In this document: piece by piece, positions 10,878-20,720 of the stretch
How positions within the stretch are numbered: position 1 is the stretch's first letter
How the letters are laid out: each line of letters opens with the position of its first letter
DNA from: Candidatus Marinacidobacterales bacterium
GTDB lineage: Bacteria > Acidobacteriota > Vicinamibacteria > Marinacidobacterales > DATDRI01
Length of the DNA stretch: 64,000 nucleotides
Assembly (NCBI GenBank): GCA_965219415.1
Contig: CBDCNP010000002.1
Coordinates: 1,760,001-1,824,000, forward strand
Reading direction: 5' to 3'
The notes under the pieces: model-generated
What the model saw: only the letters and a program-made list of their open reading frames with translations
The model's database searches: none
What the model was told of the DNA's origin: nothing
Program-made: the position numbers and the translations under genes

Positions 10878-11480
10878 CTAGCTCTTGGAGCCTTCCTCGA
10901 TTGCCTCGACGATGGTCTGCTGCTGCTCGGCCGTCAACTGCCCGCCCGTAGCAAGAGAGATCTCCCCACTCCCTTCGAGCACGAGAGTATAGGGCACCCT
11001 CTCGATGCCTAACGTGCGGATCGCTGCGCGCCCGGCGAGACAATAGACGTTCCACGGAACCTCGTTGGTTTGCACGTACTGAGAAGTGGTTACCGGTTCC
11101 ATGACGGACAACCCAACAACCTCGATGGCCTGCGACTTCGCCTGCTGATAAAGCTCTTTCCAGATCGGAAGCGTGGCGTGGCAAACCGAACAGGTCGGAG
11201 AGAATATGAACACCAAGATGGGTCGCTCGCCCCCCGGTGGGCGAAGCTCTAGCTGCTCACCGTCGAGCGAGATGAGGGGAACCACCGGAAGGGTGTTCCC
11301 GGCGGCGAGGCTTGGATTCGCCGCTGTCGGTGCCGAGCTGGGCCCTTCTGCGATAGCGGAGGGTTTGGTGGCACCCTGATAGAGTAGATACCCGGTGACT
11401 GCCAAGACGACAACCACAAAGGCGAGGACTTCCTTGGTCAGTGACTTTTTCTTGGTCTCTTTCGGTTGTTTTTTTGCCAT
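10878..11480 (-). CDS. Membrane-anchored thioredoxin-fold (TlpA/redoxin-like) protein
   Basis: N-terminal TM helix; FIFSPTCSVC CxxC; VP cis-Pro motif. Confidence 0.8.
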   Translation of the reverse strand: MAKKQPKETKKKSLTKEVLAFVVVVLAVTGYLLYQGATKPSAIAEGPSSAPTAANPSLAAGNTLPVVPLISLDGEQLELRPPGGERPILVFIFSPTCSVCHATLPIWKELYQQAKSQAIEVVGLSVMEPVTTSQYVQTNEVPWNVYCLAGRAAIRTLGIERVPYTLVLEGSGEISLATGGQLTAEQQQTIVEAIEEGSKS

Positions 11481-11616
11481 GATCTTGACAAATTCGCGCT
11501 CTGGCGTTTAGACTAACGCGCCGATTTCGGGTACTTTACCAGTTTCGTGACTCCGAATGGAAAACAGCCCAGGGACCACGCCCCAGTACGCAGGCCGATT
11601 GTGAGCGGTGTCACGA

Positions 11617-11644
11617 GGAACCATTTCATTTCTACCTATCATAA
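11617..11644 (+). promoter_or_regulatory. Possible ECF/sigmaE-type promoter of pal
   Basis: GGAACC-N16-TCATAA just upstream of the AGGAGG RBS. Confidence 0.35.
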
Positions 11645-11662
11645 CGCGTAGGAGGTGACTTC

Positions 11663-12226
11663 GTGAAGAGACGATGGATAGCCTGGTTAGGGCTGTTCGC
11701 ATTTGTCGCGGTTTTAGCGACCGAGCTGGTTGGCTGTGGAAAAAAGCCACCGCCGCCGCCTCCACCACCGCCACCGAAGGAGGAGCCGCCCCCACCACCG
11801 CCGCCGCCTCCACCACCACCGCCTCCGCCGCCGAAGGCCCCCACGGAGGAGGATCTCTTTATTCAGGCGACTGCGATCGAGCTCCAAAAGAACCTGTCCG
11901 ACGCCTATTTCGACTATGACCGGTCGGATCTGCGGCCCGAGGCGAGGGACGCCCTGGCCAAAAGCGCGGATTGGTTGAAGCTCGGTTACAACACTGCGGT
12001 TATCGAGGTCGAAGGACACTGCGATGAGCGCGGAACGGTGGAGTACAACTTGGCGCTCGGGGAACGTCGAGCCAAGTCTGCGATGGACTATCTCCTCTCA
12101 CTTGGTGTGCCGGCAAACCGACTCCGCACGATCAGCTACGGGAAAGACCGACCACAGTGTACGGAGTCTAACGAGGACTGCTGGCAGCGGAATCGCCGAG
12201 CCCATCTTCGCATCGAGTCCAAGTAA
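11663..12226 (+). CDS. pal: Peptidoglycan-associated lipoprotein (OmpA-like) with polyproline linker
   Basis: Lipobox LVGC; YFDYD, EGHCDERGT.EYNLALGERRA, ISYGK, NRRA. Confidence 0.92.
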   Translation: MKRRWIAWLGLFAFVAVLATELVGCGKKPPPPPPPPPPKEEPPPPPPPPPPPPPPPPKAPTEEDLFIQATAIELQKNLSDAYFDYDRSDLRPEARDALAKSADWLKLGYNTAVIEVEGHCDERGTVEYNLALGERRAKSAMDYLLSLGVPANRLRTISYGKDRPQCTESNEDCWQRNRRAHLRIESK

Positions 12227-12253
12227 CTTTTCGGTCATTCGGGGACCCCGGAG

Positions 12254-12544
12254 CTAGCACGCTTCGGGGTCCCTCGCTCTCCGAAGCCGCTCCCGCAAGG
12301 CGTCCCGGGTGGTGCGAAACTTGAACGCTTTTTTTCCATCAACCAGGAGCACCGGTATCTGCTCGCCATAATCCGCCTCCAAAGCGGGGTCGGTGGATAC
12401 ATCGACCTCCCGGAGGCGCGCCTCGAAATCTCCGAGCACCTGAGCTATCAGCTCCTTCATTTCATCGCACAAGCGACAACCCGGCCGGCTATAGAGGACC
12501 AGGTCGATCGGCTCCGCTTCTCGTCCCGACCGTCGAGTCTCCAT
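12254..12544 (-). CDS. Glutaredoxin-like protein (DUF836-type)
   Basis: LYSRPGCRLCDEM...YGEQIPVL. Confidence 0.85.
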   Translation of the reverse strand: METRRSGREAEPIDLVLYSRPGCRLCDEMKELIAQVLGDFEARLREVDVSTDPALEADYGEQIPVLLVDGKKAFKFRTTRDALRERLRRARDPEAC

Positions 12545-12551
12545 GGAACCG

Positions 12552-13259
12552 TCAGACCGAGTCGATCTCTTCCAAGACTCGCACCGCGGCGGCTCGGGGG
12601 TCCGGCTGGCCGGTGATCGCCCGGCCGACGACGATATAGCGAGCTCCCGCACGAGCCGCATCGGCGGGGGTCGCGACTCTGGTTTGATCGTGGGTCTGAC
12701 TCGCCCAAGTTGGCCGAACTCCCGGCACCAGCACTTCTAGCTCCCCGGCGGTGGCCTCGCGTATGTCAGCCACTTCCGTGGCAGCCGCCACCACGCCATC
12801 CAATCCGCAGCGGTGAGCAATCCGCGCCAAGCGGACCGCTTGCTCGCGACTAGAAGCCTTCATCCCTAGTGTCGGCAGCTCCTCGTCCGCGAGGTGCGTG
12901 AGAACTGTGATGCCGAAGACCAGCGGACGACCCCCGCCGGAATTGCTTGCCGAGTCCATGGCCGCTCTGAGCATAGCTTCGCCTCCCGAGGCGTGGACGT
13001 CCACGAGACTGACTCCTAGCTCCGAGGCGGCGGCTACCGCTCGGCCGACTGTGTTCGGTATGTCATGGAACTTCAGATCCAGGAAGACGCGCGACTCTGC
13101 CCTGAGCAGCGCCTCGACCACTTCGGGCCCGCCAGCGGTGAACAGCTCACTCCCTACTTTGAAGAAATCGACGACCTCCGCCAGGTGCTCTCGAAGTTCG
13201 AGCGCCGGTCGAGGATCGGGATAATCTAGAGCGACGATTAGAGACGGTGACGACATCAC
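12552..13259 (-). CDS. pyrF: Orotidine 5'-phosphate decarboxylase
   Basis: IVALD, FLDLKFHDIPNTV, VPGVRP, DQ.RVATP, VVGRAI. Confidence 0.97.
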   Translation of the reverse strand: MMSSPSLIVALDYPDPRPALELREHLAEVVDFFKVGSELFTAGGPEVVEALLRAESRVFLDLKFHDIPNTVGRAVAAASELGVSLVDVHASGGEAMLRAAMDSASNSGGGRPLVFGITVLTHLADEELPTLGMKASSREQAVRLARIAHRCGLDGVVAAATEVADIREATAGELEVLVPGVRPTWASQTHDQTRVATPADAARAGARYIVVGRAITGQPDPRAAAVRVLEEIDSV

Positions 13260-14203
13260 CAGCCCGACGGCGCGACTCCCTCGGCATGAAGGCTTCCTGA
13301 GAGCTCGACAATGGATGTGAGACTATGACGATCGCAGTACTCCTCGAGCCCAGCAAGAGTGCGTGACCAGACGGAGGGGTCGACGAAGTTCATCGTACCG
13401 ATCTGCACCGCCCGCGCACCCGCGATAATGAACTCCAAGGCATCCTGCGCAGTGGCAATCCCACCGATCCCAATGACCGGAATTTTCACCGCTTGCGCCG
13501 TCTGATACACCAGGCGGACGGCGATCGGCCGAATGGCGGGACCGGAGAGACCGCCCACCACGTTGGCCAACCTTGGCCGACGCGTTTCGACGTCGATGGC
13601 CATCGCCGGGATGGTATTGATGAGGGACAAGGCATCCGCCCCCGCAGATTCCACGCGGCGGGCGATGGCCGCGATATCCGTTACGTTGGGGCTCAGTTTC
13701 GGAATCACCGGCAGTGGCGTCTTGGAACGAACGATCTCCGTGACCCTCGCGGCAAGATCCGGATCGCAGCCGAAGAGGATCCCCCCTTCGTTCACATTAG
13801 GGCAGGAGATGTTCAGCTCGATCCCAGCGACGCCCTCTTCATCGCTTAGAACTCGAGCCAACTCGCCATACTCCTCGAGGGTGCTTCCGCAGATATTGAC
13901 CAGGACGGCGGGACCCAGTTCTCGGAGCTCCGGCAGCTTCTCCTCGATGAAACGTGTGACGCCGATCTCCTGCAGACCGATGGCGTTCAGCATGCCGGAC
14001 GGTGTTTCCCAAATGCGGGGTGGCGGACAGCCGGGCCTTGGTTGCAGGTAAAGCCCTTTGACCGCGATGGCACCGATCGCGGAGTAATCGGCGACATCGA
14101 GATACTCGGTCCCGTAGCCGAAGGTGCCGCTAGCGGCGATAAGCGGCGAGGCCAGCATGAGCCCCGCGATCTCGACGGAGAGATTGGGACGCTTTTCAAT
14201 CAT
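13256..14203 (-). CDS. pyrD: Dihydroorotate dehydrogenase class 1B catalytic subunit
   Basis: ASGTFGYG, MLNAIGL, ELNISCPN, KLSPN, GGLSGPAI. Confidence 0.96.
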   Translation of the reverse strand: MIEKRPNLSVEIAGLMLASPLIAASGTFGYGTEYLDVADYSAIGAIAVKGLYLQPRPGCPPPRIWETPSGMLNAIGLQEIGVTRFIEEKLPELRELGPAVLVNICGSTLEEYGELARVLSDEEGVAGIELNISCPNVNEGGILFGCDPDLAARVTEIVRSKTPLPVIPKLSPNVTDIAAIARRVESAGADALSLINTIPAMAIDVETRRPRLANVVGGLSGPAIRPIAVRLVYQTAQAVKIPVIGIGGIATAQDALEFIIAGARAVQIGTMNFVDPSVWSRTLAGLEEYCDRHSLTSIVELSGSLHAEGVAPSGW

Positions 14204-15012
14204 AACGGGTGCGGATCTCTATCCCAATGGATTCGACCGGCGTCGAAAACCGGACCCTCCGTACAGGCGCGATGATACCCCCCTTCACCGTTGCCATCCT
14301 GCTCGCCGACAAAAACGACGCAACCTAGGCAGCAACCCATACCGCAACCCATACGTCGCTCGATGGAGACCTGGTGAGGGACACCCCTCTCGGCCGCCAA
14401 AACTGCCACTCGCCGTAGCATCCCCGAAGGACCGCAGGAGTAGAGTTGCACCGGCCGAGGTCCTCTTAACGCCTCTGGTAGCAGATCTGTCACGACGCCG
14501 CAGTGCCCATCGCTGCCATCTTCGGTGGAACAGACGACTTCCATGCCTAGTTCCGCGAATTCGTTCTTCAAGTAGAGGTCACGAGCCTGGCGCCCGCCCA
14601 GTAGCACACGTGCCGTCACGCCGCTCTCGGCCAAAGTCTCACAAAAATAAAGGAAGGGTGCGATGCCAACACCGCCGGCAACGACAACCGGACGGGCGTC
14701 GGCGGGCGGGCGGTCGAAAGACGTTCCCAACGGCCCTAGACAATGAACTCCTCCGCCCAAGGGGAGCTCCGCCAACACGCGTGTTCCTTGGCCAACCACC
14801 TTTACCAGGAGACTGAACCGGTGCGCCACCGGCTCCACCGAACAGATGGAGTACGGGCGACGCAGCAGCAACCCTTCGCCAGGTGTGCGCACCATCGTGA
14901 ACTGCCCCGGTGAGGACGCCGAGGGGAGGGTCGTTGCTTCGAAAAAAAGGAGGTAGGCATCGGGGGAGAGGACACGCCGCTCGACCAGAACGGCCCACTC
15001 GTCCCGCTTCAT
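14200..15012 (-). CDS. pyrK: Dihydroorotate dehydrogenase electron transfer subunit
   Basis: RRPYS, GGVGIAP, CGP, MGCGMGCCLGC...CTEGPVF 2Fe-2S motif. Confidence 0.94.
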   Translation of the reverse strand: MKRDEWAVLVERRVLSPDAYLLFFEATTLPSASSPGQFTMVRTPGEGLLLRRPYSICSVEPVAHRFSLLVKVVGQGTRVLAELPLGGGVHCLGPLGTSFDRPPADARPVVVAGGVGIAPFLYFCETLAESGVTARVLLGGRQARDLYLKNEFAELGMEVVCSTEDGSDGHCGVVTDLLPEALRGPRPVQLYSCGPSGMLRRVAVLAAERGVPHQVSIERRMGCGMGCCLGCVVFVGEQDGNGEGGYHRACTEGPVFDAGRIHWDRDPHPL

Positions 15013-15139
15013 CCCTGGGGGAGTATAGCACGTCGGTCCTCTCCGACTGCCGAGCGCATGCGGGGCGCCTTTGACACTGACAATCGAATGTGATACTTAA
15101 AGAGACACTCAAACAAGCACCGAACCCAAAAAAAAGATC

Positions 15140-16315
15140 GTGTTTAATTATCAAGAAATAGGTCTAGCCCTCGACTCTCGCGAGTGCGTAGTACTCCACG
15201 CGCGACGTCGCGGAGACGTCGAGGAACAACGGACTCCCGCGCTGGCTCAAGTCAGCGGTAGGGAGATTCGTGCGGTTGGGCAGCGCGCTTTTCGCCTGGT
15301 TGGTAAATCCAATGACATCGTAAGCGTCTTCCCGGGGCGCATCGAGGATCCGCTCGTACTAAGCGGCTATCTCGAAATCGTCGTGCCCCCGACATCGAGC
15401 TGGGCTCGGCGACGCTTGTGGGCAACGGTCCCCACCGCGGCCAGCCTTCAATCACAATTGAATATCCGCAGCTGTCTCGACCACAGCATCCGCTCCAAGG
15501 ACATCACCCTAGTGCCAGAGATCCTGGCCGCGGCGCTAAGAGCGGGTCTGCCGGTCTTGAGGCACGACGACGATTCCCACCGGGCTCGGATGGTCGTGCA
15601 CGTCGGCAGCACCCGTGTCGCGTCCAGCGTTTTTGTGGATGGGAACTTAGCGAGCTTGGTGGTGCACGACGGGAATCGGGACCGGTTGGTTCGGGACGTG
15701 CAAGAGAACCTTCAGTTTCGATTAGGCACTACCTTCGGATTCAACACTTTTCATAAGGTGGTGCGGACACTGTCAAAGAGTTTCTTCGACCGACAGGTGA
15801 ACGACTCGCGAGTGAAAACACCGGTAACCCCGGAGGTTGTGACGAACACCGCTGACGGCATGCCCGCGGTGCTCGAACCGGCGGGCGAGTTTCTTCCCGA
15901 AGTTTCCCCGCCGTCCAACCTCAGAAGCTTCAGTGGGCGGGGTCTCATCGAGTACGTCGTGGAAGACGAGACCATTAGTCGCGCCATCGACATCCAACTC
16001 AAGAACCTTTTGTTTGCGATCGAGAAAGTTATCTTTGGTTGCTTCGCCCAACTGAAAGGGGCAGGTCGAGGCGAGATCGCGAGCGACCTTTTCTCCGATC
16101 GCATCTTTCTGTGCGGAGACGTTTACTTCGAGCCCTCGGCGCTGTCTCGCTACTTTTCTCGGCTGACTCGATTCCGTTTCGAGCACGTCAACGGGAATCC
16201 GGTCGCGAAGGGGCTTCGCCGAATCCTCACCTCGGACACCACTCACAAGAAAAACTATCGAGACCTCGCCTCCAACATCCACGAAATCGAGCGGCTCCAT
16301 CTCAGTTTGATTTAG
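15140..16315 (+). CDS. Divergent MreB/actin-fold protein with degenerate nucleotide-binding loops
   Basis: Colinear MreB-like segments: ATVP, LVPEILAAALRAGLPV, MVVHVG, EIASDL..IFLCG, PVAKG. Confidence 0.65.
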   Translation: MFNYQEIGLALDSRECVVLHARRRGDVEEQRTPALAQVSGREIRAVGQRAFRLVGKSNDIVSVFPGRIEDPLVLSGYLEIVVPPTSSWARRRLWATVPTAASLQSQLNIRSCLDHSIRSKDITLVPEILAAALRAGLPVLRHDDDSHRARMVVHVGSTRVASSVFVDGNLASLVVHDGNRDRLVRDVQENLQFRLGTTFGFNTFHKVVRTLSKSFFDRQVNDSRVKTPVTPEVVTNTADGMPAVLEPAGEFLPEVSPPSNLRSFSGRGLIEYVVEDETISRAIDIQLKNLLFAIEKVIFGCFAQLKGAGRGEIASDLFSDRIFLCGDVYFEPSALSRYFSRLTRFRFEHVNGNPVAKGLRRILTSDTTHKKNYRDLASNIHEIERLHLSLI

Positions 16316-17213
16316 AGAGCCGGAGAGCGGCTTCTACCGTCCCGACGTGGATTCGGACGGTATCTCGAGTATCTTGGGCGTATCCACCGGCGAGCACGAC
16401 GGCTACCGGAATCGAATGTTTCAGCGACTCAGCGAGTACCATCCCATCTCTTTCGGCTAGCTCTTCCAAGGTCAAGCCCAATCCGCCAAGGCGATCCTGA
16501 CGGTAAGGATCGGCACCCGCCAAATAAACTATCAAGTCAGGGCGGTGTTTTTTCAATATGGCGGGAAGATGCCTTCCTAGCGCCTCCAAGTACACACCCC
16601 CGCCGGTCCCGTCTGGCAGTCCGATATCGAGATCGGAAGGGGGCTTCACCGAGGGATAGTTGCTTTGCTGGTGCATGCTGAACGTAAAGACCTCGGGCCA
16701 ATCGGAGAAGATAGCCGCGGTGCCGTTTCCCTGGTGAACGTCCAAGTCCACGATCGCGGACCGCAGTATCCTTCCACGCGCGTGCATCGAGGCCAGGGAG
16801 ATGGCGACATCGTTAAGTAGACAAAACCCTTCGCCATGGTCGGCGAACGCGTGGTGGTAGCCTCCCGAGAGGTTTATCGCAACACTTTTCTCGAGAGCGC
16901 GCTCACAAGCGAGAAGCGTTCCTCCCGTCGACGACCAGACGCCCCTGACAAGGCCTTCTGAAAAGGGAAGCTTGAGTCTCGCCGCTTCTTCGTAGCTCAA
17001 CGTTCCCGTTTTGATCTTCTCCAGATACTCACGGGTGTGAGCACGCAGGACATCAACGTCTTGAATAGGAGGTGGCTCAATGAAGTCGCCGACCGATGCA
17101 GTTTCTTCCGAAAGCAGGCGCTCCCTGACGAGGCGGTACTTGATGGCCGGGAAGACATGATCTCCCAGGTCGACAATGTAGTCCTCGCTATAAACCAGCG
17201 GGAAGGGAAGCAT
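16302..17213 (-). CDS. Histone deacetylase family (HDAC11-like) Zn-dependent deacylase
   Basis: GGYHHA, GFC, DLDVHQGNG, AGADP, GGY. Confidence 0.93.
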   Translation of the reverse strand: MLPFPLVYSEDYIVDLGDHVFPAIKYRLVRERLLSEETASVGDFIEPPPIQDVDVLRAHTREYLEKIKTGTLSYEEAARLKLPFSEGLVRGVWSSTGGTLLACERALEKSVAINLSGGYHHAFADHGEGFCLLNDVAISLASMHARGRILRSAIVDLDVHQGNGTAAIFSDWPEVFTFSMHQQSNYPSVKPPSDLDIGLPDGTGGGVYLEALGRHLPAILKKHRPDLIVYLAGADPYRQDRLGGLGLTLEELAERDGMVLAESLKHSIPVAVVLAGGYAQDTRDTVRIHVGTVEAALRLSKSN

Positions 17214-17232
17214 CTATGGTCGGAGCGAAACC

Positions 17233-17883
17233 TCAGGCGGCGTAGGCGGTTCGATAGATATGCCCGATCTTACCCCGTTGAGTGAGCCGATAAAAGTAAC
17301 GGAGCTCGGCGAGGAGGTCTGCGACCCGAGACTCGCGAAGAAAGCGTCGGACCAGAAAAGAGCAGTAGGTACGTGCGAAGGAACTGGCTGTCAAGTAGCG
17401 CTCTCGCCTCGTCCCGTCCAATCCGTCGCGCAGATCGAAGTCTCCGAACAGACGGTCCAAGAGATCAGCGGGAACAAGGCCACGGTTCTTTCGGGCTAGC
17501 AGAAGTGCCGAGGTAACGAACTTGTCTACTTCCGCCTGAAGCTCTAGCTCCAATTGCGTGACAGACTTGTCGCGATGGGCATTCCACATCAAGTAGGCGA
17601 AGTGGCTGACTTCCTCGATCGCAGTGCAGAGTGCCGGGACGTGCTCGGACTCGACGCCGGTGGAGAGGTCGACCTCGCGCAGCCGAGTCAGTGTATCCTC
17701 GCCAACGTAAACGCCCAGCTGGATCGTCTCTTCTTCACCTTGCTGCACGACGACCGCGCTACCGTCGGCGTTGTTGCCGGCCAAGCTTTGACACAGCTCG
17801 CGGCTAATCATGAACTCATCGATTTCCACCTCGAGCTCCAGGTCATAGATCCGATCGATCTGGGCAAGGAGGGTCGCTAGCAT
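17233..17883 (-). CDS. Hypothetical protein with zincin-like EExxH...E motif
   Basis: 216-aa ORF; AIEEVSHFAYL and LELELQAEVDKF; 9 bp from the upstream ORF. Confidence 0.7.
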   Translation of the reverse strand: MLATLLAQIDRIYDLELEVEIDEFMISRELCQSLAGNNADGSAVVVQQGEEETIQLGVYVGEDTLTRLREVDLSTGVESEHVPALCTAIEEVSHFAYLMWNAHRDKSVTQLELELQAEVDKFVTSALLLARKNRGLVPADLLDRLFGDFDLRDGLDGTRRERYLTASSFARTYCSFLVRRFLRESRVADLLAELRYFYRLTQRGKIGHIYRTAYAA

Positions 17884-17892
17884 CTTCGAGCC

Positions 17893-18492
17893 CTATTGGA
17901 TGAGCTTGGAACCCGGAGCAGGAAGGACACCGTGCTCACGCAGTTTCGCACCGGTCCGCTCGCTCCCCGTCCGAAGCCATTTCTCGTAGAGCCGGAGAAG
18001 ACTCTTGTGATCGGTAAGAGAGCTGGCTTCACTAACCTCGCTTAGGACATCGACGAATCGAACGAATTTGTCCGAAAGCTCCTCGAACACATCCGCCGCG
18101 GTTTGGTGGATACTCAGTCGGGCGGCCCGCCGATAGGCATAGCCTCCCATGCTCACGTAGTAGTCGAAATCGACTCGCTTCCGACTCAGACTGTCGGAGA
18201 AGAACCCGGAGATGAAAAGAGACAGGTCTCCGGTCGCTTTGAAGAGCGCGAACCGACGGGCTTCCGCGCTGGCAATGGCCTCGCAAAGAAGATGGGCGAG
18301 CGGCTGATCGTAGTCGACACCGGAGTCGGAGAGGGCGCGATCCGGCCGGACGAACGAATCGAGCAGTGACACCAAGTAAAACGACGAGACTTCACTCGAA
18401 GTCACCCTCTGTTTGACAATGGCTTTTTCGACAAGCTCTCGGAAGTACTCAGTTGGCGTTTGCGCATGCATGGGACTCTCCTCCGCTCCCAT
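17893..18492 (-). CDS. Hypothetical helical protein (start may be the second Met, 18471)
   Basis: 199-aa ORF with GDLSLFISGFF, YYVSMGGYAY and LLRLYEKWL patterns; operon-like spacing. Confidence 0.72.
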   Translation of the reverse strand: MGAEESPMHAQTPTEYFRELVEKAIVKQRVTSSEVSSFYLVSLLDSFVRPDRALSDSGVDYDQPLAHLLCEAIASAEARRFALFKATGDLSLFISGFFSDSLSRKRVDFDYYVSMGGYAYRRAARLSIHQTAADVFEELSDKFVRFVDVLSEVSEASSLTDHKSLLRLYEKWLRTGSERTGAKLREHGVLPAPGSKLIQ

Positions 18493-18665
18493 CGCGTTCG
18501 GAGCCTATGATTCTGATCCAAGCAAGATTCGTGCACAAACTGACGCTTCTTCCCAGCCTCTACCTAACCTGTTGCGTAACAGTCTTTTAACGCACCTCCT
18601 CCGATTCGGAAGCACCCCCGGTGTGGGGTCCCGCCCCCGCTCTCAACGTACACAGAACGGTACAT

Positions 18666-19100
18666 TCATGTACCGATCAGTCGTCCATGCTCGATCATGA
18701 TGCAGCGATTCATCACCACTTCGATCCCCGCTTCTCGGGCTCTGAGCGCGGAGTCGTCATCGACCAATCCGAGTTGGAACCACAGCGACTTCGCACCAAC
18801 CGCGATCGTCTCCTCGGTATGCCCGGCCAAAGTGTCCCGACGCCGGAACACGTCGACCATATCTAACTTCTGGGGAACATCCGCGAGGCGCGGATAGCAG
18901 GGTCGGCCGAATATCTCGTCGACATCTGGCCTCACACCGAAAACCGTATAGCCGCGTTCGATGAGGAAACGCGCAATGCGATGACTCGCGCGTTCGGGTC
19001 TCGTGGAAAGCCCCAGCACCGCAATCGTCCGAGATCGCTCCAGGAGGCTTCGTATCTCTTCGTCGTTTGGATTTTGGAAATCGCGCCCGGCGTTATCCAA
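18666..19100 (-). CDS. CoA-binding protein (YccU-like)
   Basis: TIAVLGLS...R.S, VDVFR, LWFQLG, VVMNRCIM. Confidence 0.92.
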   Translation of the reverse strand: MDNAGRDFQNPNDEEIRSLLERSRTIAVLGLSTRPERASHRIARFLIERGYTVFGVRPDVDEIFGRPCYPRLADVPQKLDMVDVFRRRDTLAGHTEETIAVGAKSLWFQLGLVDDDSALRAREAGIEVVMNRCIMIEHGRLIGT

Positions 19101-19109
19101 TAGGCCACC

Positions 19110-20720
19110 TCATTCGACGAAGGTCACTTTGTTGATCTCCCGGAGAGTCGTGATCCCGGCGAATGCTTTCTCGAGCGCATTCTCGCGAAGTAGCGTCATC
19201 CCTTCGGTGCGCACCGCCTGCTTCAACTCAGCGGCACTGCGCTGCTCTAGGATCAATTGACGTACATGGTCAGACAAATCCAACAACTCGCATATCGCGG
19301 TCCGTCCCCGGAAACCTGTGCCGGCGCATACACGACAACCAGTGCCTTCGTAGATCGGGCTGTCCCAGTAGGACGTCGGATCGAAACCCGACTCTTCGAG
19401 CAGGTCCTTTTCTGGCTGGACCTCGTTCTTGCAGGATGCACAAATCACCCGGACCAGCCGCTGCGCCATCACGCAGTTGAGAGCCGACACGAAATTGTAG
19501 GGCTCGACACCCATGTGGAGAAAACGCCCGATCACATCGAAAACATTGTTGGCATGAACGGTGGTGAATACCAAGTGTCCAGTTAGTGCGGCCTGCACCG
19601 CAATCTTCGCAGTTTCCGCGTCCCGCACTTCACCGACCATGATCTTGTCCGGATCGTGGCGAAGCAGAGAACGCAAGCCGCGCGCGAAGGTCAGTCCCTT
19701 TCGTTCATTGACCGGCACCTGCGTGATGTTCGCGATCTGGTACTCCACCGGATCCTCGATGGTTACGATCTTCTGCTCCGGGCTCGCGATCTCGGAAAGC
19801 GCGGCGTAGAGCGTGGTGGTCTTGCCGCTCCCGGTGGGACCGGTCACCAGGATCATGCCGTAGGGTTCGGTAATGTATTTTCTAAAACGCTTCAGCTCCA
19901 AAGGCGGTAGGCCGAGGACATCCAAACTGAGGTTCTTGAACTGCTCGCTGATGGATTCCTTATCCAAGAGCCGGATCACGGCGTCTTCGCCAAAGATACT
20001 AGGCATGATGGAAACTCTAAAATCAATGGTGCGTCCCCGAACCTTCATCTTGAAACGCCCATCTTGCGGTACCCGCTTTTCCGCAACATCGAGCTCCGCC
20101 ATCACTTTGACGCGAGAAATGATGGTTGAGCTATGGACGGAATCGAGAGACTCCATGGCGGAGTACAAAACGCCGTCTACTCGATACTTGAGTACGACCT
20201 CTCCATCTTTGGTCTCGATGTGAACGTCGCTTGCGCGACGCTCGACCGCGTTCAGGATGAGACTGTCGACGAGCTTGATGATGGGGCTCGTTTGTTCGGT
20301 CACTTGCTCGTCGAGTGCCGAGCCGCTCCTGGTGAGGTTATCCTCGTCGACCAGTTCCAGTTTCAGTTGCTCCGACGCTTCCTCCAGAAGGAAACTCGAG
20401 CTGGCGTTCCGCTCCAGTATGGCATCGAGCTGAGAGCGTGGGGCGACTTCGAGGGCGAGCGGACGACCCAAGGCTAGCTCGAGATCGTCGAGAAGCTGAT
20501 ACTTGTCGGGATTAGCGACCGCGACGGCGAGCGACTCTCGCCCATCCCGGAGAGGCAGGAATCGATAGCGAAGGATCAGATCCATCGATACCTGTTGCCA
20601 CAGAGCAACGTCCTCTTGGTAATTGGTGAGATCGACGAAGGGGTAGCCGTATCGGTCGGCGAGGCGGTGCGCCTCTTCTACATCCCGCTTCGCGTCCGCT
20701 GCGCCCTTGGCCATGGTCAA
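19110..20720 (-). CDS. GspE/PilB family secretion or pilus assembly ATPase
   Basis: ASDVHIE, PQDGR, GPTGSGKTTT, TIEDPVE, RHDPD.IMVGEVRD, LTGHLV, tetracysteine CASC/CRVC. Confidence 0.95.
   Translation of the reverse strand: MTMAKGAADAKRDVEEAHRLADRYGYPFVDLTNYQEDVALWQQVSMDLILRYRFLPLRDGRESLAVAVANPDKYQLLDDLELALGRPLALEVAPRSQLDAILERNASSSFLLEEASEQLKLELVDEDNLTRSGSALDEQVTEQTSPIIKLVDSLILNAVERRASDVHIETKDGEVVLKYRVDGVLYSAMESLDSVHSSTIISRVKVMAELDVAEKRVPQDGRFKMKVRGRTIDFRVSIMPSIFGEDAVIRLLDKESISEQFKNLSLDVLGLPPLELKRFRKYITEPYGMILVTGPTGSGKTTTLYAALSEIASPEQKIVTIEDPVEYQIANITQVPVNERKGLTFARGLRSLLRHDPDKIMVGEVRDAETAKIAVQAALTGHLVFTTVHANNVFDVIGRFLHMGVEPYNFVSALNCVMAQRLVRVICASCKNEVQPEKDLLEESGFDPTSYWDSPIYEGTGCRVCAGTGFRGRTAICELLDLSDHVRQLILEQRSAAELKQAVRTEGMTLLRENALEKAFAGITTLREINKVTFVE

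Noticed and set aside
11632-12019. Poly-Gly, poly-Arg and poly-His ORFs
   Set aside because: Shadow frames of the Pal polyproline codons
18520-18536. Sigma54-like site GTGCACGAATCTTGCT on the minus strand upstream of the hypothetical pair
   Set aside because: Spacing and -12 fit, but the near-invariant -24 GG is TG
19110-20720. Complete type IV pilus or T2SS cluster
   Set aside because: No pilC/gspF, pilin or secretin genes in the window
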